Shown here piece after piece: positions 27,176 through 36,853 of a stretch of 64,000 nucleotides of DNA. A program made the position numbers and the translations under genes. The notes beneath the pieces were generated by a model. That model ran no database searches. It was not told where the DNA came from and was given only the letters and a program-made list of their open reading frames with translations. Within the stretch, counting starts at the first letter, position 1. Each line of letters opens with the position of its first letter. Source of the DNA: Anaerolineae bacterium (GTDB taxonomy: Bacteria > Chloroflexota > Anaerolineae > Aggregatilineales > Phototrophicaceae); NCBI GenBank assembly GCA_034437515.1, contig DAOTTX010000245.1:2753-66752 (forward strand), given 5' to 3'.

Positions 27176-27988
27176 ATGAGACATAACAGGATTGTTTTAA
27201 CAACGGTCATTTTAATGCTGCTGCTGGCGGCCTGTTCCGGCGATGACGACGGCGGCTCGAACAATGGCGGCGGTGGCAACGACTCACAGAATGAAACCGA
27301 GGCCATCGGCTGGGATGACAGTACCGACCACGTGGTTTTTCAAGCGGATGTGGTCGGCGGTGAAAACGCCGATGCGTTCATCAACGCGGGGCGCATCCCG
27401 CAGTGTACGGTCTATGGTGATGGGCGCGTGATCTGGGTGGTGGATGAGGTTGACCCCAACGGACAGGTATTATTCGATGTCATCACACCAGACGAAATCC
27501 GTGATTTTGTCGAGGTGCTGGCGATTGACTACGCCTTCCGGGACTACGAAGCGGGGGCCAATCTGCTGACGGATGCGACCCAGCCAGTGGTGGAAACACT
27601 GACACTGGGCATCAATGATGAAACCTACGTCACCGATATTTACGGCGGTTGGGACATCGAATATTTCGAGGATGTGCGCAACCTGTGCTTTAATGTCGGG
27701 AGTGAACCGGCGGTCTACGAACCGCAGGGTGCGTGGGTGCTGGTTGAAAATGTCGAGTACGACACCAGAGCACCGCTGCAACGCTGGGATGCCAATGTCA
27801 CCGGGTTTGACCTCGCCGAGATCGCCAATGCCGGTGAGCCGCGCTGGGTAGAAGGGCAACTGCTGCGCATACTGTGGGATTTGACCCGTCGCAACGAACG
27901 CGATCTTCAGCTTGACCAGGACGGCGAGACGTACATGCTCGCGCTGCAAATCCCCAACGTGACGGCAGTCTCTCCCCCCGCGCCGTAA
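27176..27988 (+). CDS. lipoprotein, function unknown
   Basis: Lipobox LLLAAC followed by a Gly/Asp-rich linker. No family recognised. Confidence 0.55.
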   Translation: MRHNRIVLTTVILMLLLAACSGDDDGGSNNGGGGNDSQNETEAIGWDDSTDHVVFQADVVGGENADAFINAGRIPQCTVYGDGRVIWVVDEVDPNGQVLFDVITPDEIRDFVEVLAIDYAFRDYEAGANLLTDATQPVVETLTLGINDETYVTDIYGGWDIEYFEDVRNLCFNVGSEPAVYEPQGAWVLVENVEYDTRAPLQRWDANVTGFDLAEIANAGEPRWVEGQLLRILWDLTRRNERDLQLDQDGETYMLALQIPNVTAVSPPAP

Positions 27989-27990
27989 CA

Positions 27991-28020
27991 AAAAACGGTG
28001 CGGCTCTCAGGCCGCACCGT
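27991..28020. terminator. hairpin terminator between convergent lipoprotein and amt genes
   Basis: Stem acggtgcggc/gccgcaccgt (10 bp, 6-nt loop). The A5 tract on the plus side gives a U-tract for minus-strand (amt) transcripts. Confidence 0.55.
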
Positions 28021-28095
28021 TCAAAAGGTGTATCTTACATTAAAGTTGATCCGGTGGGGCGTCTTTAGAAGAACGCCCCTAACGATAAAACTTAG

Positions 28096-29574
28096 TTAGT
28101 CGCCAGTTGCCGGTGCTGCTGCGCCACTCTGCTTACCCGGTAGGGGCAGTACGTCAGGCCACACGGAAGCGTCGTGCTCGTAAGCGTCGATGCCGATTTC
28201 TTCCGCAGTCGCCGGGATGCGCAGCAGGCCAATTGCCTTCAGCGCAGTGAACATGATGGCGCTTGCTACAACCGTCCAGGCCACGATGACGCCGATGCCG
28301 AGAGCCTGTGTGATGAACTGATCCACACCACCGCCGACCAGCAGGCCGCCACCGGTACCGCCGAACGCGACGACCAGTTCTTCGATGCCGAACAGACCGA
28401 CCGCCAGCACACCGAACGCACCGCAGGCACCATGTACCGCGAACGCGCCGACCGCATCGTCAATCTTCGCTGCTTCAACCAGGTCGATGCTGATGACCAC
28501 GACCACACCAGAAGCCAAACCGATCAGCAGGGCGGCCCAGGGGGCGACGAAAGCACATGGTGCGGTGATGCCGACCAGACCCGCCAGCGAACCGTTGAGG
28601 ATCAGGCCCATGTTCCAGGAACCGCTCTTGAGGTAGCCGTAGAACATCGCGCCCAGGCAACCAGTAGCCGCGGCAAGTGTGGTGTTAGCGACGACCAGAC
28701 CGAGCTGGTTGGGGTCTTCCGCTGCCAGCGTGGAGCCGACGTTGAAGCCGTACCAACCGAACCACAGGATGAACGTACCGAGTGTCGCTAGCATCAGATT
28801 TGAGGGCTGCGGCGGTTTCCCGAATTCACGACCCGGACGCGCCCCGACGATTGCTGCGCCGACCAAACCAACGACACCACCGGTCAGATGCACGATGCCG
28901 GAACCGGCGAAGTCGGTATAACCCTGCTCCGCGAGGAAGCCACCGCCCCAGGTCAGATGAACCACGACCGGGTAGATGATCGCACCCAGAAGCACACTGT
29001 AGATCAGCTTGCCTTTGAAATCTGTGCGTTCCGCCATGGCACCGGTGGCGATGGTCGCCGCCGCACCTGCGAACGCGAATTGGAAGAAGAAGTCGATGAA
29101 GGCGATGCCGTCACCTTCGCCGGTGCCGTCAATGCCATCGAGGAAGAACATACTGCTGTCGTAAAGACCAGCGCCCAGCGTGTTACCGTAAGCGATGCCG
29201 AAACCGACGATGAAGAACATGATCCCTGTCACACAGGCATCCATGAAGTTCTCCGCCATTGAGTTCACCACCCCTGTTTGACGGATGAAACCGCCTTCCA
29301 GCATGGCAAAACCGGCCTGCATAAAGAAGACCAGGAAGCCCGCCAGCAGTAACCAGACCTGATTGAGGTTGGTTTGTACGTTTGCGACCGCTTCTTCAGC
29401 GTTAAATGCAATTTCCTCGGTGTTTTCGACGACTTCGGCTGCGGTGTCATCCCCGGCACCTTCGCCTTCATCATCCTGCGCGAACACGCCACCGGTGACG
29501 GCCATCAAAAAGATTGTGGCTAAACCGACGGAAAGCAATGTGCGCAGTACGCGACTCCAATGTTTCGACATCAT
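28096..29574 (-). CDS. amt: ammonium transporter
   Basis: FFMQAGFAMLEGG, the twin-His region AVHGACGAFG, and 11-TM-type hydrophobicity. Confidence 0.9.
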   Translation of the reverse strand: MMSKHWSRVLRTLLSVGLATIFLMAVTGGVFAQDDEGEGAGDDTAAEVVENTEEIAFNAEEAVANVQTNLNQVWLLLAGFLVFFMQAGFAMLEGGFIRQTGVVNSMAENFMDACVTGIMFFIVGFGIAYGNTLGAGLYDSSMFFLDGIDGTGEGDGIAFIDFFFQFAFAGAAATIATGAMAERTDFKGKLIYSVLLGAIIYPVVVHLTWGGGFLAEQGYTDFAGSGIVHLTGGVVGLVGAAIVGARPGREFGKPPQPSNLMLATLGTFILWFGWYGFNVGSTLAAEDPNQLGLVVANTTLAAATGCLGAMFYGYLKSGSWNMGLILNGSLAGLVGITAPCAFVAPWAALLIGLASGVVVVISIDLVEAAKIDDAVGAFAVHGACGAFGVLAVGLFGIEELVVAFGGTGGGLLVGGGVDQFITQALGIGVIVAWTVVASAIMFTALKAIGLLRIPATAEEIGIDAYEHDASVWPDVLPLPGKQSGAAAPATGD

Positions 29575-29973
29575 GCTATCTCCCTACTACTTGATATTCA
29601 TAAATTACATTGGGGAGTTTACTATCCCACGGTAGAGCGTTTTCACCGAAACATATAACAAGATTTAAGGAGATATTTTTGTAAGAATGACACAAGTAAG
29701 TTGTAAGTTTTGACCATAAACCACGCCGGTTAGAGGATTTTACGAGCGAAACGCCCCGTCAGTAGGGGAAAGCGTACGAGGTGATGCGTCAACCATAGAT
29801 CACAGCCTATTTGTGAATTATACACAATAAATTTGGTGATTTTGCTAAAGACTTCGTTGAATTTACTGATTGCGTTAAGCAAAAATTTAGAAAACCTTTA
29901 TGCAAATACCGGTCACTTCGAACATATTATTGCATATAACGACGAGGTTTACATTTATGACGAGAGCGAGATC

Positions 29974-31845
29974 GTGACGCCAAAAGAAACAACTGTATTG
30001 GAGATGCTGCTCAACGAAGGAACGATCACCGCTGCACAGGCCCAACAAGCACTCGACATTCAACAACGGAACAAGACATCGCTGCTGGAAATCCTCGGTG
30101 CGACGAATTTCATCGACGTCAGAGACTACGCTGCCGACCTCGCCGAAGTCACGGAGACGGGCTACGTTAGTGATTTGATCGATTCGGAGAACTTCGCCTA
30201 CGATCTGGCCTTTATCCGTCAATTTGACCCGGCGCTGATGATTCATAGGCTATTCGTCCCCGTACAGCAAACCGGCGACCTGGTGATCGTGCTGGCGGTT
30301 GACCCTGACGAAGACGCGATCACCAATATCGTACAGCGTACCTGCCCCGATGCGGATGTGATCTCGCTGATTGGCACCACTTACGACATCAAAAAGTTGG
30401 TGAACATGGCCTTCGCCGAACAATTCACCGAAGAAGCCGTGCACGGTTTGGAGCGCCGCGCCCCGCAACATTCCGCCTCGACCGTGTTCACCCGGCCTCA
30501 ATTGGCGGTATTGGCACTGTTGCTGGTGGCTTTGCTGGGTGGGTTGGCCTTTGCCTTCTGGCCGACGGTGCGGTTCTTGATTGTGCTGTTCAGCGTGTTG
30601 TACATCATCGGCATCGGCTTCAAGTTTGCGCTCAGCCTCGCAGGGATGCTCAATCGTGAACACCGCGCTCGCCAGCACGACATCGAGCAGATCGACGACG
30701 CCAGCCTGCCGATCTACAGTATTCTGGTGCCGGTTTACAAGGAACCGGAAGTTGTACCGCGTCTGCTCAAGGCGCTCTCTCGCATTGACTACCCGCGTGA
30801 AAAGCTCGATGTGCTGCTTTTAATGGAAGACGACGACAGCGAGACGATCGCCAGTGCGAAAGCTGCCAAACCGCCCAGCCTCTTCCGGTTTATCCGCGTG
30901 CCGGAAAGCCTGCCGCGCACCAAACCGAAAGCGTGCAACTACGGCTTGCCCTTCTGCCGGGGAGAATACGTCACGATCTACGACGCCGAAGACATCCCCG
31001 AACCCGACCAACTGAAGAAGGCCGTCGCTGCGTTTCGCTCCGATGGGGATGACTTGATCTGCATCCAGGCGCGGCTGAACTATTTCAACAGCCACGAGAA
31101 CTATCTGACCGGCATGTTCACGCTGGAATATACCTACTGGTTCGACTATCTGCTGCCGGGGTTGGATCGCTATGACTTGCCGATCCCGCTGGGCGGCACC
31201 AGCAACCACTTCCGGTTGGATAAGCTGCTGGAACTCGGCGCGTGGGACCCGTACAACGTCACCGAGGACGCCGACCTCGGCATCCGAGCATCGGCGCGGG
31301 GCTATCGCGTTGGCGTGATTAACTCCACCACTTATGAAGAAGCCAACAAGAAGCTCGGCAACTGGTTACGCCAGCGTAGTCGCTGGATCAAAGGCTACAT
31401 GCAGACGTGGCTCGTCCACAACCGCAATCCGTTGGGGCTGCTGCGCAAGCTCGGCTTGAAGGACTGGTTGAGTTATCAATTTTTCATCGGCGGGACGGTG
31501 TGGGTGTTCTTGATTAATCCGATCATGTGGAGCCTGTTCTTGATCTGGCTGTTCTTTGACCCGGCATGGCTCAGTCAACTGTTTTATGGCTGGGTATGGG
31601 AAATCGCCATGTTTAGTCTGGTTGTGGGCAATCTATCGGTAATCGTGTTAAACCTGCTGGCCTCCGTCCGACGCTCGCGAGATCGGCTGCTGTTGTACAG
31701 TTTTACCAATCCGCTGTACTGGGTGTTGCACTCCATCGCCGCGTATATCGCGCTCTACCAGTTGATCCGCAAGCCGTTCTACTGGGAAAAGACCACACAC
31801 GGCCTGACGACCGTTGACCCTGAGCATCTTTTCAACGCGGAATAG
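29974..31845 (+). CDS. MshEN (T2SSE_N)-domain glycosyltransferase family 2, processive synthase type
   Basis: N-terminal LEMLLNEGTITAAQAQQALDIQ matches the MshEN pattern. GT2 motifs YSILVPVYKEP, DAED, QRSRWIKG. TM helices before and after the GT domain. Start uncertain: GTG 29974, ATG 30004 or TTG 29833. Confidence 0.8.
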   Translation: MTPKETTVLEMLLNEGTITAAQAQQALDIQQRNKTSLLEILGATNFIDVRDYAADLAEVTETGYVSDLIDSENFAYDLAFIRQFDPALMIHRLFVPVQQTGDLVIVLAVDPDEDAITNIVQRTCPDADVISLIGTTYDIKKLVNMAFAEQFTEEAVHGLERRAPQHSASTVFTRPQLAVLALLLVALLGGLAFAFWPTVRFLIVLFSVLYIIGIGFKFALSLAGMLNREHRARQHDIEQIDDASLPIYSILVPVYKEPEVVPRLLKALSRIDYPREKLDVLLLMEDDDSETIASAKAAKPPSLFRFIRVPESLPRTKPKACNYGLPFCRGEYVTIYDAEDIPEPDQLKKAVAAFRSDGDDLICIQARLNYFNSHENYLTGMFTLEYTYWFDYLLPGLDRYDLPIPLGGTSNHFRLDKLLELGAWDPYNVTEDADLGIRASARGYRVGVINSTTYEEANKKLGNWLRQRSRWIKGYMQTWLVHNRNPLGLLRKLGLKDWLSYQFFIGGTVWVFLINPIMWSLFLIWLFFDPAWLSQLFYGWVWEIAMFSLVVGNLSVIVLNLLASVRRSRDRLLLYSFTNPLYWVLHSIAAYIALYQLIRKPFYWEKTTHGLTTVDPEHLFNAE

Positions 31846-32371
31846 ACCCGCCAACCGAACGCAGGAACGCCCGTACCTGTGTGATAACCGGCTCGATGTA
31901 CTCATGGTCGATGGCGGCATATGCGGTGATGGGCACACGTTCCCCGCTGCGTAATACGAGGAACACGCCGTAAGCACGCGCCTCGGCGTTGCGTTCGATG
32001 TCCAGGCGAGAAACGCCGTAAATCGGGTAGCTCTGCTGGGTGCGGCGCAGCATCGCCGTGCCCTCGATGGTGACGGTTTCGGTATCTTTGTCCAACGTCC
32101 AGGTCACGCCGTAGAGGAAGTGCAGCGTCGCCATCAGCCCCAGCCCGGTCAGCCCGATGCCGATAAGCAAAAACGACCCCACACCCACATAACGCCAGAA
32201 CATCAAGTCTTTGCCGCCATGTACGATGAAGGCCTCGTAAGCCTGCACCGCTGTTAGCAACACCATCCCCGCGCTGACGACCGTAAACAGGGCGGCGGCG
32301 ATCCCGGCGTTACGTCGTTTATCTTCTAGAATCATTTTATCCGGGGTGTGTTGGGTGATCTTTAACATCAA
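31832..32371 (-). CDS. membrane protein, function unknown
   Basis: 179-aa ORF with three hydrophobic helices. Its 3' end overlaps the convergent GT2 gene by 14 nt. Confidence 0.5.
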   Translation of the reverse strand: MMLKITQHTPDKMILEDKRRNAGIAAALFTVVSAGMVLLTAVQAYEAFIVHGGKDLMFWRYVGVGSFLLIGIGLTGLGLMATLHFLYGVTWTLDKDTETVTIEGTAMLRRTQQSYPIYGVSRLDIERNAEARAYGVFLVLRSGERVPITAYAAIDHEYIEPVITQVRAFLRSVGGSIPR

Positions 32372-32419
32372 AACTGATCTTTCGCTTACACTACATTACA
32401 GTTCTATTCTACATCAATA

Positions 32420-33373
32420 TCAATAGCCTGCGTCTACATCTACCGGATGCGGGATGGCCTCACCACGAGCAGCGGCGTTGATGCTCACCGCCAGCGCCCG
32501 CAGCCGTCGCTGTTCTGATTCGGGGACGTTCAACGCGCCGGAGCGATGCGGACTCATCACTACATTTTCCAACTGGTAGAACGGCGCATCGGAGGGTAGT
32601 GTGTTAGCCCGTGCCTCGACCGAACCCGGATAGGTATACCACACATCCAACCCCGCGCCGTGTAGATGCCCGGTGCGCAACGCCTCATAGAGCGCCCACT
32701 GGTCGAACACCGCCGCCCGCCCCACGTTGACCACGACCGCGCCGCGTGGCAGCAGCAGCAGTTCCGTCGCGCCGATCATGCTCTCGGTTGCCGGCGTCCC
32801 TGGCAAACAGCAGATCAGTGCGTTTGTTTCCGGCAGCAGCGTGTGGAGTTCGTCGGGTGTATGCAGATGCGGGTCGGCTGAGGGTGTGCGCCGGATGGCG
32901 TGGACGTCCATGCCCAACGCCCGGCAGACCGCCGCCACCCGCTGACCAATCGCCCCATACCCCAAGACCAGCGCGGACTTGTCATCGAGGATGAGGGCCG
33001 GTGCGCCCTCATGACGCGGTCGCCAGTCTCCGCTACGAAATACCCGATCCACCGGCACCAGATAGCGGGCGGTCGCCATCAACAGCGCGATTGCCATCTC
33101 CGCCGTCATCGGTGCGTTGTGGTGCAGGTTATGCACGGCGATCTGTGGGTAGTTCGCCATGCGCTCGTGCGTGACGCTCGGCAACCCCGCAAACGGGATC
33201 AGCAGCACCCGCAGGCCGGGCGCGGCCTCAAGCTGTGCTTTCGTCGGGCGTCCGGCGACCAGCACGACCGTTTCTGCTGGCACCTCGTCGCCGGTGGAAA
33301 GTGTGACACCTTCATTCAAGTGGGTGCGGAGGAAATCGAGCTGGTCAGGCGTATAGGTGAGATGAACGTGCAT
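32420..33373 (-). CDS. D-isomer-specific 2-hydroxyacid dehydrogenase family protein
   Basis: NAD motif LVLGYGAIGQRVAAVCRALGMDVHAIRR and the catalytic-region motif SPHRSG. Confidence 0.8.
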   Translation of the reverse strand: MHVHLTYTPDQLDFLRTHLNEGVTLSTGDEVPAETVVLVAGRPTKAQLEAAPGLRVLLIPFAGLPSVTHERMANYPQIAVHNLHHNAPMTAEMAIALLMATARYLVPVDRVFRSGDWRPRHEGAPALILDDKSALVLGYGAIGQRVAAVCRALGMDVHAIRRTPSADPHLHTPDELHTLLPETNALICCLPGTPATESMIGATELLLLPRGAVVVNVGRAAVFDQWALYEALRTGHLHGAGLDVWYTYPGSVEARANTLPSDAPFYQLENVVMSPHRSGALNVPESEQRRLRALAVSINAAARGEAIPHPVDVDAGY

Positions 33374-33515
33374 AATGGCTCCGGTAAATGACGAATGACG
33401 CCTCTATTATGCGGCGACTCATCTGCTGTATGGGCACGGTTCAGTCGATTTTATACAAAGTCTCACTTTATAACGGTAGGGTGAGAAAAAATGTATCATG
33501 AGCTAAGGAGGGGTG

Positions 33516-36251
33516 ATGCCTGACGAGAAAAACGATAATAAACAATGGATCGATAAATCCGTTGATGATGTTTTGCAGGGATTTGATGTAGACGCGCAGC
33601 AAGGCCTGAGCGACCAGGAAGTCCAACAGCGGTTAGATAAGCACGGTCGCAACCGCCTACGTGAATCCGAGACGCGCAGCGCGTGGGAAATTCTAATTGA
33701 ACAATTCAAGAGCATCGTCGTGTTGCTGCTGCTCATCGCCAGTGTGACGTCGTTCGCCTTCGGTGACCTCATCGAAGGGGTCGCGATTTTGCTGGCGATT
33801 GCCGTCAACGCGGTGATCGGCTTTACCACAGAGATGCGGGCGGTGCGTTCCATGCAAGCCCTGCGAGAGATGAGCAAGGTCAACGCGCAGGTACGGCGAG
33901 ACGGCAGTGTGCAGGAGATCGAAGCGGAGGAGATCGTCCCCGGTGATGTGCTGCTTGTCGATGAGGGCGCGGTCATTTCCGCTGACGTGCGCTTGATTAA
34001 AGCATCCAAGCTCCAGGTCGATGAATCTCCGTTGACGGGCGAATCGGTGCCGGTCACCAAACAGACGGAAGCCATCGACGCCGACACTGAACTCGCGGAA
34101 CAGGACAACATGCTGTTTAAAGGGACGACCGTCACACGCGGCGCAGGCGAAGGCGTGGTGGTCGCTACCGGCATGGGCACCGAACTCGGTCACATTTCCG
34201 AGTTGGTCGAAGAAGCCGACGCCGGGGAAACGCCCCTCAAAGAACGGCTGGACGCTCTCGGCAAGCGGTTAGGGGGCTTCACGATTGTAGTCGCTATTCT
34301 CGTGGCGGTGGCGGGGTTGCTTTCCGGCAAAGAGGTCTCGCTGATGATCGAGACCGCGATTGCGCTTGCCGTTGCCGCTATCCCCGAAGGCTTGCCCATC
34401 GTGGCGACCGTCGCGCTAGCCAACGGGATGCGCCGCATGGCGGATCGTAACGCGCTGGTCGAAAAGTTGGAAACGGTCGAGACGTTGGGGGCGACCAACG
34501 TGCTGTTCACCGACAAGACCGGCACGCTCACCGAAAACGAGATGAGTGTCGCCCGTTACGCCTTCGCCGGTGGTGCCGAAGTCGAAGTCAAAGATGATGA
34601 CGCGCAAGCGTTCCAATGGCGTGAGCAAGAACAAGCCGCCGACCCTGACGAGTCGCCCGTATTGAAAGAAGCCCTGCGCATCGGGATGTTGTGCAGTCAG
34701 GTCAACGTGAATGGGTCGAAAGGTGACGAAGAACAAAAAGAGGACGATGACGGCGGCGATACGGTCGGCGGTGATCCGCTGGAAGTTGCGTTGATAAACG
34801 CCGGACGCAAACACGGCTTCAGTCGTCCGCAACTGCTCGAAGCGATGCCGGAAGAACGCGAGGTGCCTTTCGACCGCGAAACCAAGATGATGGCGACCTA
34901 CCACAAACAGGACGGCGATTATTACGTCGCGGTCAAGGGTGCGCCGGAAGCGGTCTTTGACGCCTGCACACAGATCAAAACGACAGAAGGTGATGAAACA
35001 CAGTCATTCAACGACGACGACTGCGACCACTGGCGAGAGCGTAACAAAGAACTCGCCGCCGATGGTTTGCGGATGCTGGCATTAGCGTATAAGACGGTCA
35101 GCAGTACCGACGCTGAGCCTTACGAAGACCTGACGCTCGTCGGCCTGGTTGGTCTGGTTGACCCGCCGCGCGAAGCCGTGCCGGATGCCATCGCCGAGTT
35201 CCAGAGCGCAGGGATCAAAGTCATCATGCTCACCGGTGACCAGGCCGAAACCGCTCGGAACATCGGTGTACAGGTCGGCCTTGCCGATGAAGACGCCGAT
35301 GTCGTCCCCGGTCATAAGCTGGATGTGAGCGACGGCCTACAAGAAGACGAACTCAAGGCCATGCGCAACTCGACCATCTTCGCCCGCATCACGCCGGAAG
35401 AAAAGCTCTCGCTGATCGAACTGTATCAGGAGGACGGTAAGCGTGTCGCCATGACCGGCGACGGAGTCAATGATGCCCCGGCGCTGCAAAAGGCCGACAT
35501 TGGTATTGCGATGGGCAAACGTGGCACGCAGGCCGCCAAAGAAGCCGCCGACATGGTACTGCAAGACGACGCGCTCGGCTCGATTGCGCTGGCGGTCGAA
35601 CAGGGGCGGATTATCTTCGGCAACATCCGCAAGTTCATCATCTTCTTGCTTTCCGGCAACTTGAGCGAGATTCTCATCGTCGGGGTGGCTTCGTTGTTTG
35701 CGGTGCCGCTGCCACTGCTGCCGCTGCAAATCTTATACTTGAATGCCATTATTGACGTGTTCCCGGCGCTGGCATTGGGTGTGGGGCCGGGCAGTGGTGA
35801 TGTGATGAAAAATGCCCCGCGTGACCCGAACGAGCCGGTGCTCACCCGTGATCGCTGGATGGGCATCTTCGGCTACAGCGTCGTGATCGCAGCGGCGGCG
35901 CTGGCGGTCTTCGCCTACGCCCAAACCGCGCTCGACGTCAGCGAGACGCAGGTCATCACCAGCGCCTACCTGACGTTAGCCCTCGGTAGGCTGTGGCATG
36001 TGTTCAACATGCGCGACAACGACGCCTCACCGTTCAATAACGACATCACCCGCAACCGCTGGGTGTGGGGCGCGATTGTGCTTTCCGGCGTCTTGATCTT
36101 CGCGTCTGTGTTGGTGCCCGGCTTTAATAATCTGCTCGGTACGGCAGTCCCGACCGCGCAGCTCTGGCCGTTTATCATCGCGGGCAGCATCATCCCGACG
36201 ATCATCATCCAGATCGCCAAGTCCATCATCGGGCAGCGTGAATCGGATTAG
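33516..36251 (+). CDS. P-type cation-transporting ATPase (type II, Ca2+/Mg2+-like)
   Basis: LTGESVPV, DKTGTLTENEM, MTGDGVNDAPAL. AAGGAGG RBS before ATG 33516. Confidence 0.9.
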   Translation: MPDEKNDNKQWIDKSVDDVLQGFDVDAQQGLSDQEVQQRLDKHGRNRLRESETRSAWEILIEQFKSIVVLLLLIASVTSFAFGDLIEGVAILLAIAVNAVIGFTTEMRAVRSMQALREMSKVNAQVRRDGSVQEIEAEEIVPGDVLLVDEGAVISADVRLIKASKLQVDESPLTGESVPVTKQTEAIDADTELAEQDNMLFKGTTVTRGAGEGVVVATGMGTELGHISELVEEADAGETPLKERLDALGKRLGGFTIVVAILVAVAGLLSGKEVSLMIETAIALAVAAIPEGLPIVATVALANGMRRMADRNALVEKLETVETLGATNVLFTDKTGTLTENEMSVARYAFAGGAEVEVKDDDAQAFQWREQEQAADPDESPVLKEALRIGMLCSQVNVNGSKGDEEQKEDDDGGDTVGGDPLEVALINAGRKHGFSRPQLLEAMPEEREVPFDRETKMMATYHKQDGDYYVAVKGAPEAVFDACTQIKTTEGDETQSFNDDDCDHWRERNKELAADGLRMLALAYKTVSSTDAEPYEDLTLVGLVGLVDPPREAVPDAIAEFQSAGIKVIMLTGDQAETARNIGVQVGLADEDADVVPGHKLDVSDGLQEDELKAMRNSTIFARITPEEKLSLIELYQEDGKRVAMTGDGVNDAPALQKADIGIAMGKRGTQAAKEAADMVLQDDALGSIALAVEQGRIIFGNIRKFIIFLLSGNLSEILIVGVASLFAVPLPLLPLQILYLNAIIDVFPALALGVGPGSGDVMKNAPRDPNEPVLTRDRWMGIFGYSVVIAAAALAVFAYAQTALDVSETQVITSAYLTLALGRLWHVFNMRDNDASPFNNDITRNRWVWGAIVLSGVLIFASVLVPGFNNLLGTAVPTAQLWPFIIAGSIIPTIIIQIAKSIIGQRESD

Positions 36252-36263
36252 ACGTTACACGAT

Positions 36264-36298
36264 CAGGGACATAGCCGACCGGCTGTGTCCCTGTTTTT
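36264..36298 (+). terminator. intrinsic terminator of the P-type ATPase gene
   Basis: Stem cagggaca/tgtccctg plus an inner agcc/ggct pairing, followed by TTTTT. Confidence 0.7.
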
Positions 36299-36308
36299 CG
36301 TCCGGTGT

Positions 36309-36617
36309 CTATGGGTTGCTGGTGACTTCAGTCTTGGTGGGGGTGTCGTCCTCGTCTGCTGTGACGGTGGGCGTATCCGTCGCAGTGTCCACCGGGTCGG
36401 AGTCGTCCATGTCTTCCCAACTGACGATCCAGATACATAACCCGGCGACCAGCACCGTCATCACGATCAGCGCGATCCAGTTCCCGGCGGCCAGGCCGAC
36501 ATCCCGCGCTTCGATCACTAGCAAGATGACCATCCCGGCAGAAAGCACAATCCAACCGGCAAGGCGGGGGTGAGTCATCGCCCACTTGACGGGCGGGAAG
36601 TTTTCAAGGCTATTCAT
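36309..36617 (-). CDS. small membrane protein with acidic Thr/Asp-rich tail
   Basis: 102-aa ORF with two hydrophobic helices. Confidence 0.45.
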   Translation of the reverse strand: MNSLENFPPVKWAMTHPRLAGWIVLSAGMVILLVIEARDVGLAAGNWIALIVMTVLVAGLCIWIVSWEDMDDSDPVDTATDTPTVTADEDDTPTKTEVTSNP

Positions 36618-36853
36618 CGCATATTCCTTCGTTAGTATTTGCGATTATCGAGCGTATTCTAGCGGATGAAACCGCCAGGGTACAGACAACTTCATGATAA
36701 ACGAACAAGCTTTCCATTTTTGATTAAGATCGGGAACCATAAAAATGAGTTATAGATGAGACAATCACCGATTCTTATTGAAGCGTTTAACCGCATGTGA
36801 TAGGTTGCTTACGTCTATATACAAGAAACTTCAGGAGCAATACCCAACACATT

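Noticed and set aside
28096-29574. amt lacking an adjacent glnK/glnB gene as an anomaly
   Set aside because: Unlinked amt genes are common, and nothing in the sequence suggests a lost or degraded PII gene.
29833-29973. TTG-initiated N-terminal extension of the GT2 gene
   Set aside because: The region is AT-rich like the surrounding non-coding DNA, and the MshEN motif starts just after 30000. Kept only as an alternative start.
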